From an uncultured Clostridia bacterium (lineage in GTDB: Bacteria > Bacillota > Clostridia > TANB77 > CAG-508): a DNA stretch of 41,502 nucleotides. Numbering within the stretch: the first letter of the stretch is position 1; each line of letters opens with the position of its first letter. The notes under the pieces are model-generated. The model saw nothing but the letters and a program-made list of their open reading frames with translations, made no database searches and was not told the origin of the DNA. The stretch covers positions 1-41,502 of the forward strand of contig CANQGV010000001.1 of assembly GCA_947623475.1 (NCBI GenBank), read 5' to 3'. A program made the translations under genes and the position numbers. Below, in pieces: positions 18,102-26,850 of this stretch.

Positions 18102-18285
18102 TATTCTTGCTATTTCTGGAAGTTTTCCGCCTTCTTTCTACATTGTATACTTTTAACAATTCTCTTTCTGTTTTTACTGATCTAAATCCTTCTTTTGATT
18201 TTTTTGAAAAAGAAATACATAGTATTACAATAATAATTATTATTACCAACAATATTGCTATTGATATTTTTAATTTTTTCTTCAT
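18058..18285 (-). CDS. signal-anchor N-terminal segment of the beta-propeller protein (0-frame product 75 aa)
   Basis: MKKKLKISIAILLVIIIIIVILCISF signal-anchor with an SD (AAAGGAGGGG) upstream. After AGG-CGG the 0 frame reads a basic, junk-like sequence to a stop. Confidence 0.6.
   Translation of the reverse strand: MKKKLKISIAILLVIIIIIVILCISFSKKSKEGFRSVKTERELLKVYNVERRRKTSRNSKNNAYARCTFCNSRII
18126..18129 (-). other. putative +1 recoding site CGG_A (context AGA-AGG-CGG-A)
   Basis: In-frame CGG in ORF 18058..18285. GGA at 18128-18126 is in frame with ORF 16113..18101. The +1 frame opens only 3 codons upstream, after a TAG. Confidence 0.5.
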
Positions 18286-18387
18286 TTTTCCCCTCCTTTT
18301 TTTACATTATATTATTAGCTTATTTATTTTTCAACATTTAATATAAACTTTCTGTAAAAGGTTTTTTAGTTGCTCTTATTAGCTATA

Positions 18388-18411
18388 AAAAAGATGGCAT
18401 ACGCCATCTTT
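18388..18411 (-). terminator. intrinsic terminator downstream of the GerM-like gene
   Basis: AAAAGATGGC-ATAC-GCCATCTTTT hairpin with a U-tract on the minus strand. Confidence 0.55.
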
Positions 18412-18438
18412 TACTTTAATCTCATATCATTGTTCTTG

Positions 18439-19002
18439 CTAATTAGAATCTGTTAATCTTTCATAAGGTTCTTTAAATTCTTCGTTTTCTTGACCTTCTA
18501 TTATTATTTTTACTTTATTTACTTCTGTTAGTTCTGTTAATGTATTTACTACTGATTCTATTAAGTTTTCTTTTGCATTTTCTTTTTCTTTATCATAATT
18601 TAATATTTCACTAGATACATTTATTGTTAAACATTCATTTTTTAAAGAAGTTCCCAATATTGTTGTGTTTTCAGGTATTGTTTTTTCTAGCTTTTCGTTT
18701 GTTGGTCCTTCTATTAATAATTGTATTAAAGTTTGATATGGGTTATTTATCATTTCTTTTACATCTACAACTTTCGCTTCTGGCATGATTTTTCCTGTTT
18801 CTTTATTTAAAAAATATACTGTTACTACTGTATCTCTATCTTGTTTTTGTTCTTCTGATATTTCTTCTTCTGGTATATATTCTTCAATTGTAGCTGTTTC
18901 TTGTTCTTTTGTTTTTAATTTTTTAATTATAAATATTCCTGATATTAAAAGAATTATAAATAAAAAGACAAAGATTAATATATATTTTTTGTTCATAAGC
19001 AT
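18439..19002 (-). CDS. GerMN (germane) domain sporulation/germination protein, signal-anchored
   Basis: N-terminal TM segment, then VTVYFLNKETGKIMPE...NPYQTLIQLLIEGP...TTILGTSLKNECLTINVS, typical of GerM-type domains. The start may be the ATG at 18996. Confidence 0.75.
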   Translation of the reverse strand: MLMNKKYILIFVFLFIILLISGIFIIKKLKTKEQETATIEEYIPEEEISEEQKQDRDTVVTVYFLNKETGKIMPEAKVVDVKEMINNPYQTLIQLLIEGPTNEKLEKTIPENTTILGTSLKNECLTINVSSEILNYDKEKENAKENLIESVVNTLTELTEVNKVKIIIEGQENEEFKEPYERLTDSN

Positions 19003-19059
19003 TTTGTATGATTTATTTAATATATTAAATAATCATACACTCCTTTCTTTAAATTTTGT

Positions 19060-19088
19060 ATAATATATATTATTAAGTCTTTGTCCAA
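19060..19088 (-). promoter_or_regulatory. putative promoter of the GerM-like gene
   Basis: On the minus strand: TTGGAC (19088-19083), a 17-nt spacer, then TATTAT (19065-19060). Confidence 0.35.
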
Positions 19089-19108
19089 AATATAACTATT
19101 TTATTTTT

Positions 19109-19327
19109 TTAGTCCATACTTATATGTGGATTCATTTCTTCTAATGTTTTCCACTCTATGTTGTATTTCTCTTTTAATATTCTTTTTTTGTTAGTATTAA
19201 ATACATGTATATATCCTAGTGTATGTTCTACCCCTTGTTTTTTTAACATTTCTTTTACTTCTTTATCTACTTTTTCAAATATTTCTTTATATTCTTCCTT
19301 TTCTTCTATAGGATCATGTTTTATCAT
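19109..19327 (-). CDS. hypothetical small acidic protein (72 aa)
   Basis: ORF with an AAAAGGAGGAAAAA SD directly upstream. I recognise no motif. Confidence 0.55.
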   Translation of the reverse strand: MIKHDPIEEKEEYKEIFEKVDKEVKEMLKKQGVEHTLGYIHVFNTNKKRILKEKYNIEWKTLEEMNPHISMD

Positions 19328-19355
19328 TTTTTCCTCCTTTTTAGCTTAGCTTTAT

Positions 19356-20285
19356 TTATTGGTCTTCGTCAAAGCTTTTTACTTCTTTTTCTTTTGAATC
19401 TTTTATCATTTTTTTGCCTACAGTATCTCCTGATTGCACCATTTTACTGGCACTTCTAGTTCCTGTTGCTTTTTTAAATTGTTTTTTTTGAATTTTAAAA
19501 TTGTATAGTTGTTCTATTTTTGTAATTACACTTTCGTCTGCTCCTGCTTTTTCTAGCTCTTCTCTTTTTTCTATTATTTGTTTACATGTTTCTTTTATTT
19601 CTTCGTCTCTGTTTTGCAATTTTTCATAACATTTATTTAATAAGAAGTTTTTTAATGTATAACTTGCTGTTATGTCTTCATATTTTATTTCTTTCATTTC
19701 TAAGTCTGCCTCGTTATATTTTCCTCCTTTAACCTTTCTTAGGAATGTGTGTAAGTTATCTTCTTCAAATACTTCTTCTGGATTTTCCCTTGTTTTTTTT
19801 ATTTCGTTAATTGCCTCTTCTACCTGATCATAAACAGATTCTTTACCTATACTTTCTAAAACATTTTCTTCTTCTTCGTTTCTAGGATCTAATTCAGTCA
19901 TTGCTTGCAAATCTGATGTTATGTTTTTTCCTGTTTTTTCTTCATATCGTTTTATAATATTTTCTCTATCATAATATGCCATTTCTTCAAGCTCTGCTTT
20001 TATTTCTTCTTGACTTTTTCCTTCTTCTCTTAAAATTGCTTCTCTATGTTTTTTTAGTATATCTCCTCCTCTTATTGCATACAAATTTCCTTTTTTAGGT
20101 CTATGTTCTTCATCTATTCTTTCTTTTACTGATTCACTTAATGCCTTAGCTATATCTCCTTCAACACCATATTTATCTCTTCTAAAATTTATATTTTCTT
20201 CTCCTAGTTCTCTTATTGACCATTCTACATTTCTTCCTAATTCTTCTGCACATATTTCTCTAAATTCATCTTTTTCTCCGTACAA
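19356..20285 (-). CDS. acidic Glu/Lys-rich protein segment, likely the C-terminal continuation of the HEXXH protein after a +1 shift at 20280-20277
   Basis: Only an SD-less TTG is available as a start. The frame opens after a TAA five codons before the GGA at 20279. Confidence 0.55.
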   Translation of the reverse strand: MYGEKDEFREICAEELGRNVEWSIRELGEENINFRRDKYGVEGDIAKALSESVKERIDEEHRPKKGNLYAIRGGDILKKHREAILREEGKSQEEIKAELEEMAYYDRENIIKRYEEKTGKNITSDLQAMTELDPRNEEEENVLESIGKESVYDQVEEAINEIKKTRENPEEVFEEDNLHTFLRKVKGGKYNEADLEMKEIKYEDITASYTLKNFLLNKCYEKLQNRDEEIKETCKQIIEKREELEKAGADESVITKIEQLYNFKIQKKQFKKATGTRSASKMVQSGDTVGKKMIKDSKEKEVKSFDEDQ

Positions 20286-20844
20286 AAAATTCTTTTATTG
20301 CATCTAAATCTCTTCCCTTTGTTCTAAGTCCACCTAATATTGATTTTAATATATTTGCTTCAGGTCTATAATTGTAGTCTACAACAAAACCTCGTTTTTC
20401 TAATTTTTCATTTTCTTCTTTTGATATTCTAGGTATTTCTTTACCTTTTTGTAGATAATTATTTATACACATTTCAGCAAGTAGATTTGCCATAGCTTCA
20501 TCTATTATTCCTCCTCCATGTTGTTGTTTAGGCTCGTCTGCAATTGAATGTGCTAATTCGTGTATTGTGTTTGATACAGCCATTATTGTTCCTTTATATT
20601 CTTTAAGCCATTCTTCATTCCATAAAACTTTTCTTTCTTTTCTGTCAAAAAAAGCAATACCTTCTCCCATATCTTTTCCTTTTTCTAGCTCACATGTTAC
20701 ACTTCTTAACCTTATTTTTACAGAACTTGCTTCTTCTTCTCCATAAATGTCTCTGAAAAGTTCTTCAACCATTTCTTTAGCCACATCTAATAATTTTTCT
20801 TCTTCTTTTTCTAATTCTTTTCTTTCTTCTTCATTTATATACAT
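20266..20844 (-). CDS. HEXXH zinc-metallopeptidase-like protein (0-frame product 192 aa)
   Basis: HELAH at TIHELAHSIADE, followed by IIDEAMAN as a candidate third ligand Glu. No signal peptide. Confidence 0.65.
   Translation of the reverse strand: MYINEEERKELEKEEEKLLDVAKEMVEELFRDIYGEEEASSVKIRLRSVTCELEKGKDMGEGIAFFDRKERKVLWNEEWLKEYKGTIMAVSNTIHELAHSIADEPKQQHGGGIIDEAMANLLAEMCINNYLQKGKEIPRISKEENEKLEKRGFVVDYNYRPEANILKSILGGLRTKGRDLDAIKEFFVRRKR
20277..20280 (-). other. putative +1 recoding site CGG_A (context TTT-GTA-CGG-A)
   Basis: In-frame CGG four codons before the stop of ORF 20266..20844. GGA at 20279-20277 is in frame with ORF 19356..20285. Confidence 0.4.
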
Positions 20845-20924
20845 TTTTTACTTTATGTTATTTGAATAACATAAACTCCTTTCTTTTTTGTTTGGCTTTT
20901 GTTATAAAGGTTAGCCCTTTTGTT

Positions 20925-23900
20925 TTATGCTTTAGCTGTTTTCTTTTCTTTTTTTGTTGTTTCATTTTCTTTTTCAAGTGCTTTTTTATGTTTTTGTTTT
21001 AATTTTAAGTTGTCTTTTGCCACTGTCATAAGTAGTTTTATTCTATTTGCTTGATTTGACTCACTTGCACCTGGATCATAGTCTACTGGTGATATATTTG
21101 CTTCTGGGTATTTTTCTCTTATTGTTTTTATTACACCTTTTCCTACTACATGGTTTGGTAAACAAGCAAATGGTTGAACACATATTATATTTGGTATTCC
21201 GTTTTCTATGTATTCTATCATTTCTGCTGTTAAAAACCATCCTTCTCCTGTTTGGTTTCCTATTGAAAGTACATTTTTTACTTTGTTTTCTAAATGCCAT
21301 ATGTTGCATGGTAATAAATAGTCTTTGTTTGAATTCATAAGTGCAATTCTTACATCTTTTTCAAATAGTTCTACTAATTTTATTCCTAGTTTGCTTATTT
21401 TTGAAGATGTTTTATTTGTATTTAATAAGTTGTTAAATGTTATTTTGTGTGTTAGCATAAATTTTGCAAATCCCATAAAATCTGGAAGTATTACTTCTGC
21501 CCCTTCTTTTTCTAGTAGTTCTGCTGCAAAGTTATTTCCAAATGGGTGATATTTTATTAGTACTTCTCCTACTATTCCTACTTTTGGTCTTTCTTTTGAT
21601 GTGTCTAGCTCTATTTTTTCAAAATCTTCTACTATGTCATAAATTGATTTTTTAAATTCTCTACTGTTTGATTTTCCAACTAGTTTTCCACACTTTTTCA
21701 TCCATTTGTCGAAAACTTTTTTCGTTTCGCCTTTGTTTACTTCATATACTCTATTTTTTGTCAACATTTTTTGTAGTAAATCACCATATACTATACATTT
21801 TATTAACCCTTCCATTAGTGGGATTGTTAGTTTGAATCCTGACATTTTTTCCATTCCAACTAAGTTAAATGATATTACTGGTACTTGTGGAAATCCTGCA
21901 TCTTTTAATGCTTTTCTTATAAATCCTATGTAGTTTGTTGCTCTACAGCCTCCACCTGTTTGAGACATTATTAGTGCTGTTTTATTTACATCATATTTAC
22001 CACTTTCTAATGCTTCTATCATTTGACCTGTTGTTAATATTGATGGATAACATGCATCATTATTGACATATTTTAATCCTGTTTCAACTGTTTTTTGTGT
22101 ACATTTATTTAGTAGTTTTGCTTTATATCCATTTGCATTTAGCATTGATTCCAGTAATTCAAAGTGTATTGGTGCCATTAGTGGAACTAGTATTGTATAT
22201 TCTTCTTTCATTTGTTTTGTAAAGATGTTTTTCTTTAATTCATAGTTTCCTAGTTCTTTTTCTTCTCTTTTTTCTTTTATTCTTTTATTCATACTTGCTA
22301 GTAATGAACGTATACGTATTCTAACAGCTCCTAAGTTGTTTACTTCGTCTATTTTTATTAGTGTATACATTTTGTTATAGCTTGATAGTATTTCTTCTAC
22401 TTGATCTGTTGTAACAGCATCTACTCCACATCCAAATGAGTTTAATTGTACTAATTCTAGGCAATCTGTTTTTCCAACAAATTCTGCTGCTGCATATAAC
22501 CTTGCATGGAATACCCATTGGTCTACAACTCTTATTGGTCTTTTTACTTCTGCTTTATCACTTACGCTATCTTCTGTTAATACACATAATCCTAATGATG
22601 TAATTAATGTATCTATTCCATGGTTTATTTCTGGATCTACATGATATGGTCTTCCTGCTAATACAATTCCTCTTAAGTCATGTTTTTTCATGTATTTTAC
22701 TGTTTCTGTACCTTTGTTTCTAATATCTTCTTTACATTTTTTATATTCTGCTTCTGCTTCATTTGCTGCTTTTGTTAATTCAGATTTTGTAAAGTTATAT
22801 TCTTTAAATTCTGGTAATTCCATTACTTTTTTTACTAGATTTTTTGTGTCAAATGGTAGAAATGGATTTATGAATTTTACTTCTTTACTTTTTAGCCCTT
22901 CTATATTGTTTTTTAGAACTTCTGAATATGATATTACTATTGGACAATTATAGTGATTGTCTGCTCCTTCATATTCTTTTCTTGAATATGGCATACAAGG
23001 ATAAAATATTGTTTTTATTCCTTGTTCTAATAAGTTTTCAATATGTCCATGTGATAATTTTGCTGGATAACATACTGATTCTGAAGGCATTGATTCCATG
23101 CCTTTTTCATATATTTTTCTTGTACTTTTTTCTGAGATTATTACTCTAAAACCTAATTTAGTTAAAAATGTAAACCAAAATGGATAATCTTCATACATGT
23201 TTAATACTCTTGGTATTCCGATTGTTCCACGTTTTGCTTTTTCTTTTGGTAATGGCTCATAATTAAAAATTCTTTCATATTTGTATTGTACTAGGTTTGG
23301 TAAGTCTTTTGCTTTTGTTACAACTCCTGCACCTTTTTCACATCTGTTTCCAGATATGTGAATAGCACCATTGCTAAATTTATTTACTGTTAATTTACAA
23401 TGGTTTTCACATCTGTTGCAACGAGTATGTGTTATTTTTATTTCTAAGTTGTCTAGTTCTTCTGTTTTTAGTATTGTTGACATATATTCCATATCTAAGT
23501 TTGATTCATATTGTTCTTTTGAAAGTAATGCCATTCCATATGCTCCCATAAGTCCTGCTATGTCTGGTCTTACTACATCTTTTCCTACTATTTTTTCAAA
23601 TGCTCTTAATACTGCATCATTGTAGAAAGTTCCTCCTTGTACCACTATGTGGTTTCCTAGTGTTTCTACATCTCTTACTTTCATTACTTTTTGAATTGCA
23701 TTTTTTATAACTGAATATGAAAGTCCACTTGATATATCTCCTATCTCATAGCCTTCTTTTTGAGCTTGTTTTATTTTTGAATTCATAAATACTGTACATC
23801 TTGATCCTAAGTCTACTGGTCTTTTTGCATCTATTGCTGATTTTACAAATTCTTCTATTTCTAAGTTTAAGCTTTTTGCAAATGTTTCTATAAATGATCC

Positions 23901-25247
23901 ACATCCTGATGAACATGCTTCGTTTAACATTATATTGTCAATTGCACCATTTTTCATTTTTATGTATTTCATGTCTTGACCACCTATGTCTACAATGCTT
24001 GTAACATCTGGCTCAAACTCTTTTGCAGCTGTATAATGTGCTATTGTTTCGATTTCATTTAAGTCAACATTTAATGCTGTTTGTATTAATTTTTCTCCAT
24101 ATCCTGTTACTCCACTATAACGTAGTTTTGCTTTTTTAGGGATTACTGAATATAGTTTTTTTAACATTTTTATAACACTTTGTAATGGATTTCCTTCGTT
24201 GTTTGCGTACATTGAATATAGTAAATTGTTTTCATTATCTATTAGTACTATTTTAGTTGTTGTTGATCCTGCATCTATTCCAAGATAACAATCTCCTTCA
24301 TATTGTTTTATGTTTTTTTGGTTTACTTTATTTTTGTTATGTCTATTTTTAAACTTTTTATAGTCATTTCTATCTTTAAATAATGGTTCTAATGGAACAG
24401 TTGTAGTATCTTGTGATTCTTTTAGATTTTTTATTTTTGTTTTTAGTTCTTTTACTGTTATAGGTTTTGTATGTATTGAATCTAATGCTGCTCCTTTAGC
24501 AACTAATAAGTGTGCTTCTTCTGGTATTATTATTTCGTTTTTCTTTAATTTTAGTGTTTCTATAAATCTTTTTCTAAGTTCTGGTAAGTAGTTTAATGGT
24601 CCTCCTAAAAATGCTACTTTTCCTCTTATTGGTCTTCCACAAGCTAAACCACTAATTGTTTGATTTACTACAGCTTGGAATATTGATGCTGCTATATCTT
24701 CTTTTGCTGCTCCTTCATTTATTAATGGTTGAATATCTGTTTTTGCAAAAACTCCACATCTTGATGCTATTGGATATATTGTTTGGTATGTTTTTGCAAG
24801 TTCATTTAAACCTGCTGTGTCTGTATTTAATAGAGATGCCATTTGGTCTAGGAATGCCCCTGTTCCACCTGCACATGTTCCATTCATACGTTGTTCAATT
24901 GATTTGTCAAAATATATTATTTTTGCATCTTCTCCACCAAGTTCTATAACTACATCTGTTTGTGGCATGTATTTTTCTACTACACGTTTACAACTAACTA
25001 CTTCTTGTATGAATTTTATTCCTAAAAATTTGGCAGCAGACATAGCTCCTGAGCCAGTAAGTGCTATTGTATAGCTGTTTTCAGGATATTTTTCTATTAG
25101 TTCTTCTAATACGTTACATACTGTGTTTTTTGTATCAGAAAAATGTCTTCTGTATTCACTATGTATTATTTCTTGATTTTTGTTCATTACAACTATTTTT
25201 ACTGTTGTTGATCCTACATCAAGCCCAATATTTAAAACTTCTGCCAT
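20925..25247 (-). CDS. CoA-substrate-specific enzyme activase fusion: two BadF/BadG/BcrA/BcrD (HgdC-like) ATPase domains plus a 2-hydroxyacyl-CoA dehydratase-like/DUF2229 region
   Basis: Two acetate/sugar-kinase-fold starts (NIGLDVGSTTVKIV and YLGIDAGSTTTKIV) and Cys cluster motifs. The 1440-aa length is typical of clostridial YjiL/YjiM-type fusions. Confidence 0.85.
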   Translation of the reverse strand: MAEVLNIGLDVGSTTVKIVVMNKNQEIIHSEYRRHFSDTKNTVCNVLEELIEKYPENSYTIALTGSGAMSAAKFLGIKFIQEVVSCKRVVEKYMPQTDVVIELGGEDAKIIYFDKSIEQRMNGTCAGGTGAFLDQMASLLNTDTAGLNELAKTYQTIYPIASRCGVFAKTDIQPLINEGAAKEDIAASIFQAVVNQTISGLACGRPIRGKVAFLGGPLNYLPELRKRFIETLKLKKNEIIIPEEAHLLVAKGAALDSIHTKPITVKELKTKIKNLKESQDTTTVPLEPLFKDRNDYKKFKNRHNKNKVNQKNIKQYEGDCYLGIDAGSTTTKIVLIDNENNLLYSMYANNEGNPLQSVIKMLKKLYSVIPKKAKLRYSGVTGYGEKLIQTALNVDLNEIETIAHYTAAKEFEPDVTSIVDIGGQDMKYIKMKNGAIDNIMLNEACSSGCGSFIETFAKSLNLEIEEFVKSAIDAKRPVDLGSRCTVFMNSKIKQAQKEGYEIGDISSGLSYSVIKNAIQKVMKVRDVETLGNHIVVQGGTFYNDAVLRAFEKIVGKDVVRPDIAGLMGAYGMALLSKEQYESNLDMEYMSTILKTEELDNLEIKITHTRCNRCENHCKLTVNKFSNGAIHISGNRCEKGAGVVTKAKDLPNLVQYKYERIFNYEPLPKEKAKRGTIGIPRVLNMYEDYPFWFTFLTKLGFRVIISEKSTRKIYEKGMESMPSESVCYPAKLSHGHIENLLEQGIKTIFYPCMPYSRKEYEGADNHYNCPIVISYSEVLKNNIEGLKSKEVKFINPFLPFDTKNLVKKVMELPEFKEYNFTKSELTKAANEAEAEYKKCKEDIRNKGTETVKYMKKHDLRGIVLAGRPYHVDPEINHGIDTLITSLGLCVLTEDSVSDKAEVKRPIRVVDQWVFHARLYAAAEFVGKTDCLELVQLNSFGCGVDAVTTDQVEEILSSYNKMYTLIKIDEVNNLGAVRIRIRSLLASMNKRIKEKREEKELGNYELKKNIFTKQMKEEYTILVPLMAPIHFELLESMLNANGYKAKLLNKCTQKTVETGLKYVNNDACYPSILTTGQMIEALESGKYDVNKTALIMSQTGGGCRATNYIGFIRKALKDAGFPQVPVISFNLVGMEKMSGFKLTIPLMEGLIKCIVYGDLLQKMLTKNRVYEVNKGETKKVFDKWMKKCGKLVGKSNSREFKKSIYDIVEDFEKIELDTSKERPKVGIVGEVLIKYHPFGNNFAAELLEKEGAEVILPDFMGFAKFMLTHKITFNNLLNTNKTSSKISKLGIKLVELFEKDVRIALMNSNKDYLLPCNIWHLENKVKNVLSIGNQTGEGWFLTAEMIEYIENGIPNIICVQPFACLPNHVVGKGVIKTIREKYPEANISPVDYDPGASESNQANRIKLLMTVAKDNLKLKQKHKKALEKENETTKKEKKTAKA

Positions 25248-25448
25248 TTTAGTTTTCTCCTTTTTGTTAGTTTTGTGTTTTATTTTTGAGGGACAGATAT
25301 ACTCTTTTTTTCGTATTCTGCCCCTTCTTGTATTTTATACGCAAGTTTGTCTTTTGTCAAGCTTGTATTTATTGGCTTTAGTTGAAATTTTGGCGTTTTT
25401 GTGGTATCCTATATATAGGGAAAGTTTTGTTATATGAAGGAGATTTTT

Positions 25449-26147
25449 ATGGATAAGAATTATTATGAAATTCTAGAAATATCTACTTCAGCCTCTCAAG
25501 AAATTGTTGAGAAGGCTTATAAAACTTTGGTTAAAAAATACCACCCTGATTTACAAACAGGTACTAAGAAAACTGAATATGAAGAAAAGTTAAAACTTAT
25601 AAATGAAGCTTATGAAGTTCTTTCAGATCCTCAAAAGAGAAAATCTTATGATGAAACCCTTCCTAATAATAATATTTCTGCTGAGGATTATGAGAATTTA
25701 TATAGACAAAAAGAATATATGAAACAAAAAATTTCTCAAATGGAACAACAACAAAGAAATGGACAAACTGGTTATTCTAACCCTAATTATCAAAATAATA
25801 GAACTCAGACAAGTAATTATAATGATTATAGGGCTTCTCAACAAGAGTATATTAATAATATGAATGCTGCATATCAACAACAGGTTAATGATGCTATAAA
25901 TAAAGCTTATCATGATGCATATATTCAAGATTTGAGAAATAGAGGTTATAAAATTAAATATCATAGAAGTTGGAAAGATTATTTGGCTGCTTTTATAACA
26001 TTTTTGATTGTTGTTCTTATTTTAATTATTTTATGGCAGATTCCTTCTTTTAGAAATTATTTTATAAATTTGTATAATACAAATACTGTTGTGAGAATTT
26101 TAGCAGATTTCGTTATAAATATTTTTAATAGTTTTTCAGGTAAGTAA
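25449..26147 (+). CDS. J-domain (DnaJ-like) protein with Asn/Gln-rich linker and C-terminal transmembrane anchor
   Basis: NYYEILEIS...YHPD J-domain signature, a Q/N-rich middle and a hydrophobic [18 protein letters not shown] segment. A GAAGGAG SD precedes the ATG at 25449. Confidence 0.8.
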   Translation: MDKNYYEILEISTSASQEIVEKAYKTLVKKYHPDLQTGTKKTEYEEKLKLINEAYEVLSDPQKRKSYDETLPNNNISAEDYENLYRQKEYMKQKISQMEQQQRNGQTGYSNPNYQNNRTQTSNYNDYRASQQEYINNMNAAYQQQVNDAINKAYHDAYIQDLRNRGYKIKYHRSWKDYLAAFITFLIVVLILIILWQIPSFRNYFINLYNTNTVVRILADFVINIFNSFSGK

Positions 26148-26190
26148 AAAGATGTTCAATTGCATATTTTGAACATCTTTTATTTTTTTT
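26148..26190. terminator. bidirectional intrinsic terminator; 3' end of the large minus-strand operon
   Basis: 12-bp stem AAAGATGTTCAA (26148-26159) / TTGAACATCTTT (26169-26180) followed by a T-run. Confidence 0.65.
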
Positions 26191-26824
26191 ATTCGATGAA
26201 TTCATTTGAGACAAATATATAACTATCTCCTTGTTTTTTTAATGTTACTTTTATTAACTTTGAGTCCGGATAATCTTTTAATTTTACATATACTATATAG
26301 TTGTCACCTTCTTTGACTCCCACTCTACAATTAACTTTTGAGTAACCTTCTCCAGAAAACGATTTTGCATATAATTCTCCATCTTCTATAAAAATCCAAT
26401 CTTTTAATTTTGACTCTATATCATTTATTTCTTTACCTGTTTTTTCTTTAATTAGATCTTTGACATCTTCTTCTTTCACAGCGACTAACAATGGAACTTG
26501 TGGCAATGTTCCAATTTCTTCCATAATCTTTTCATTGTATTCTTTTTTTTGATTATCTGATAGTTCTTTACTTATTCCTGCTCCTCTATATAATAGTTGA
26601 TTTATATTTATATCTGATGCATCTTGATATTCACAGAAAAGAAAACAATTATTTTTTTCGTCTTCCAAAAAATCCTTAACTTGATTTTTCTCCTCTTCTG
26701 TTAAATATGTTTCGCTTTCTTGTTTTTCTTCTTCTATTTTCTTTTGTTGATTTACTAATACTACAACAAATAAAACTATAACAAGTATACACGATATAAT
26801 TATATATATATTCTTTTTTTTCAT
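26189..26824 (-). CDS. signal-anchored hypothetical protein (211 aa), last gene of the operon
   Basis: MKKKNIYIIISCILVIVLFVVVLV anchor and an extracytoplasmic acidic domain. A GAGGA SD lies upstream. Confidence 0.6.
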   Translation of the reverse strand: MKKKNIYIIISCILVIVLFVVVLVNQQKKIEEEKQESETYLTEEEKNQVKDFLEDEKNNCFLFCEYQDASDININQLLYRGAGISKELSDNQKKEYNEKIMEEIGTLPQVPLLVAVKEEDVKDLIKEKTGKEINDIESKLKDWIFIEDGELYAKSFSGEGYSKVNCRVGVKEGDNYIVYVKLKDYPDSKLIKVTLKKQGDSYIFVSNEFIE

Positions 26825-26850
26825 AATTAAATCATTCCTCTTATATTTTT

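Noticed and set aside
20845-20924. The hairpin at 20852-20875, read as the intrinsic terminator of the activase gene.
   Set aside because: The stem is pure A/T and is not followed by a U-tract on the minus strand. It sits between an SD and the next start codon, so I report it as a translational element instead.
25180-25437. An 85-aa plus-strand ORF spanning the activase start and the J-domain gene upstream region; also the track start of the J-domain ORF at 25434.
   Set aside because: It overlaps the 5' end of the activase gene in antisense and has no SD. For the J-domain gene, the GAAGGAG SD is correctly spaced for the ATG at 25449, not 25434.
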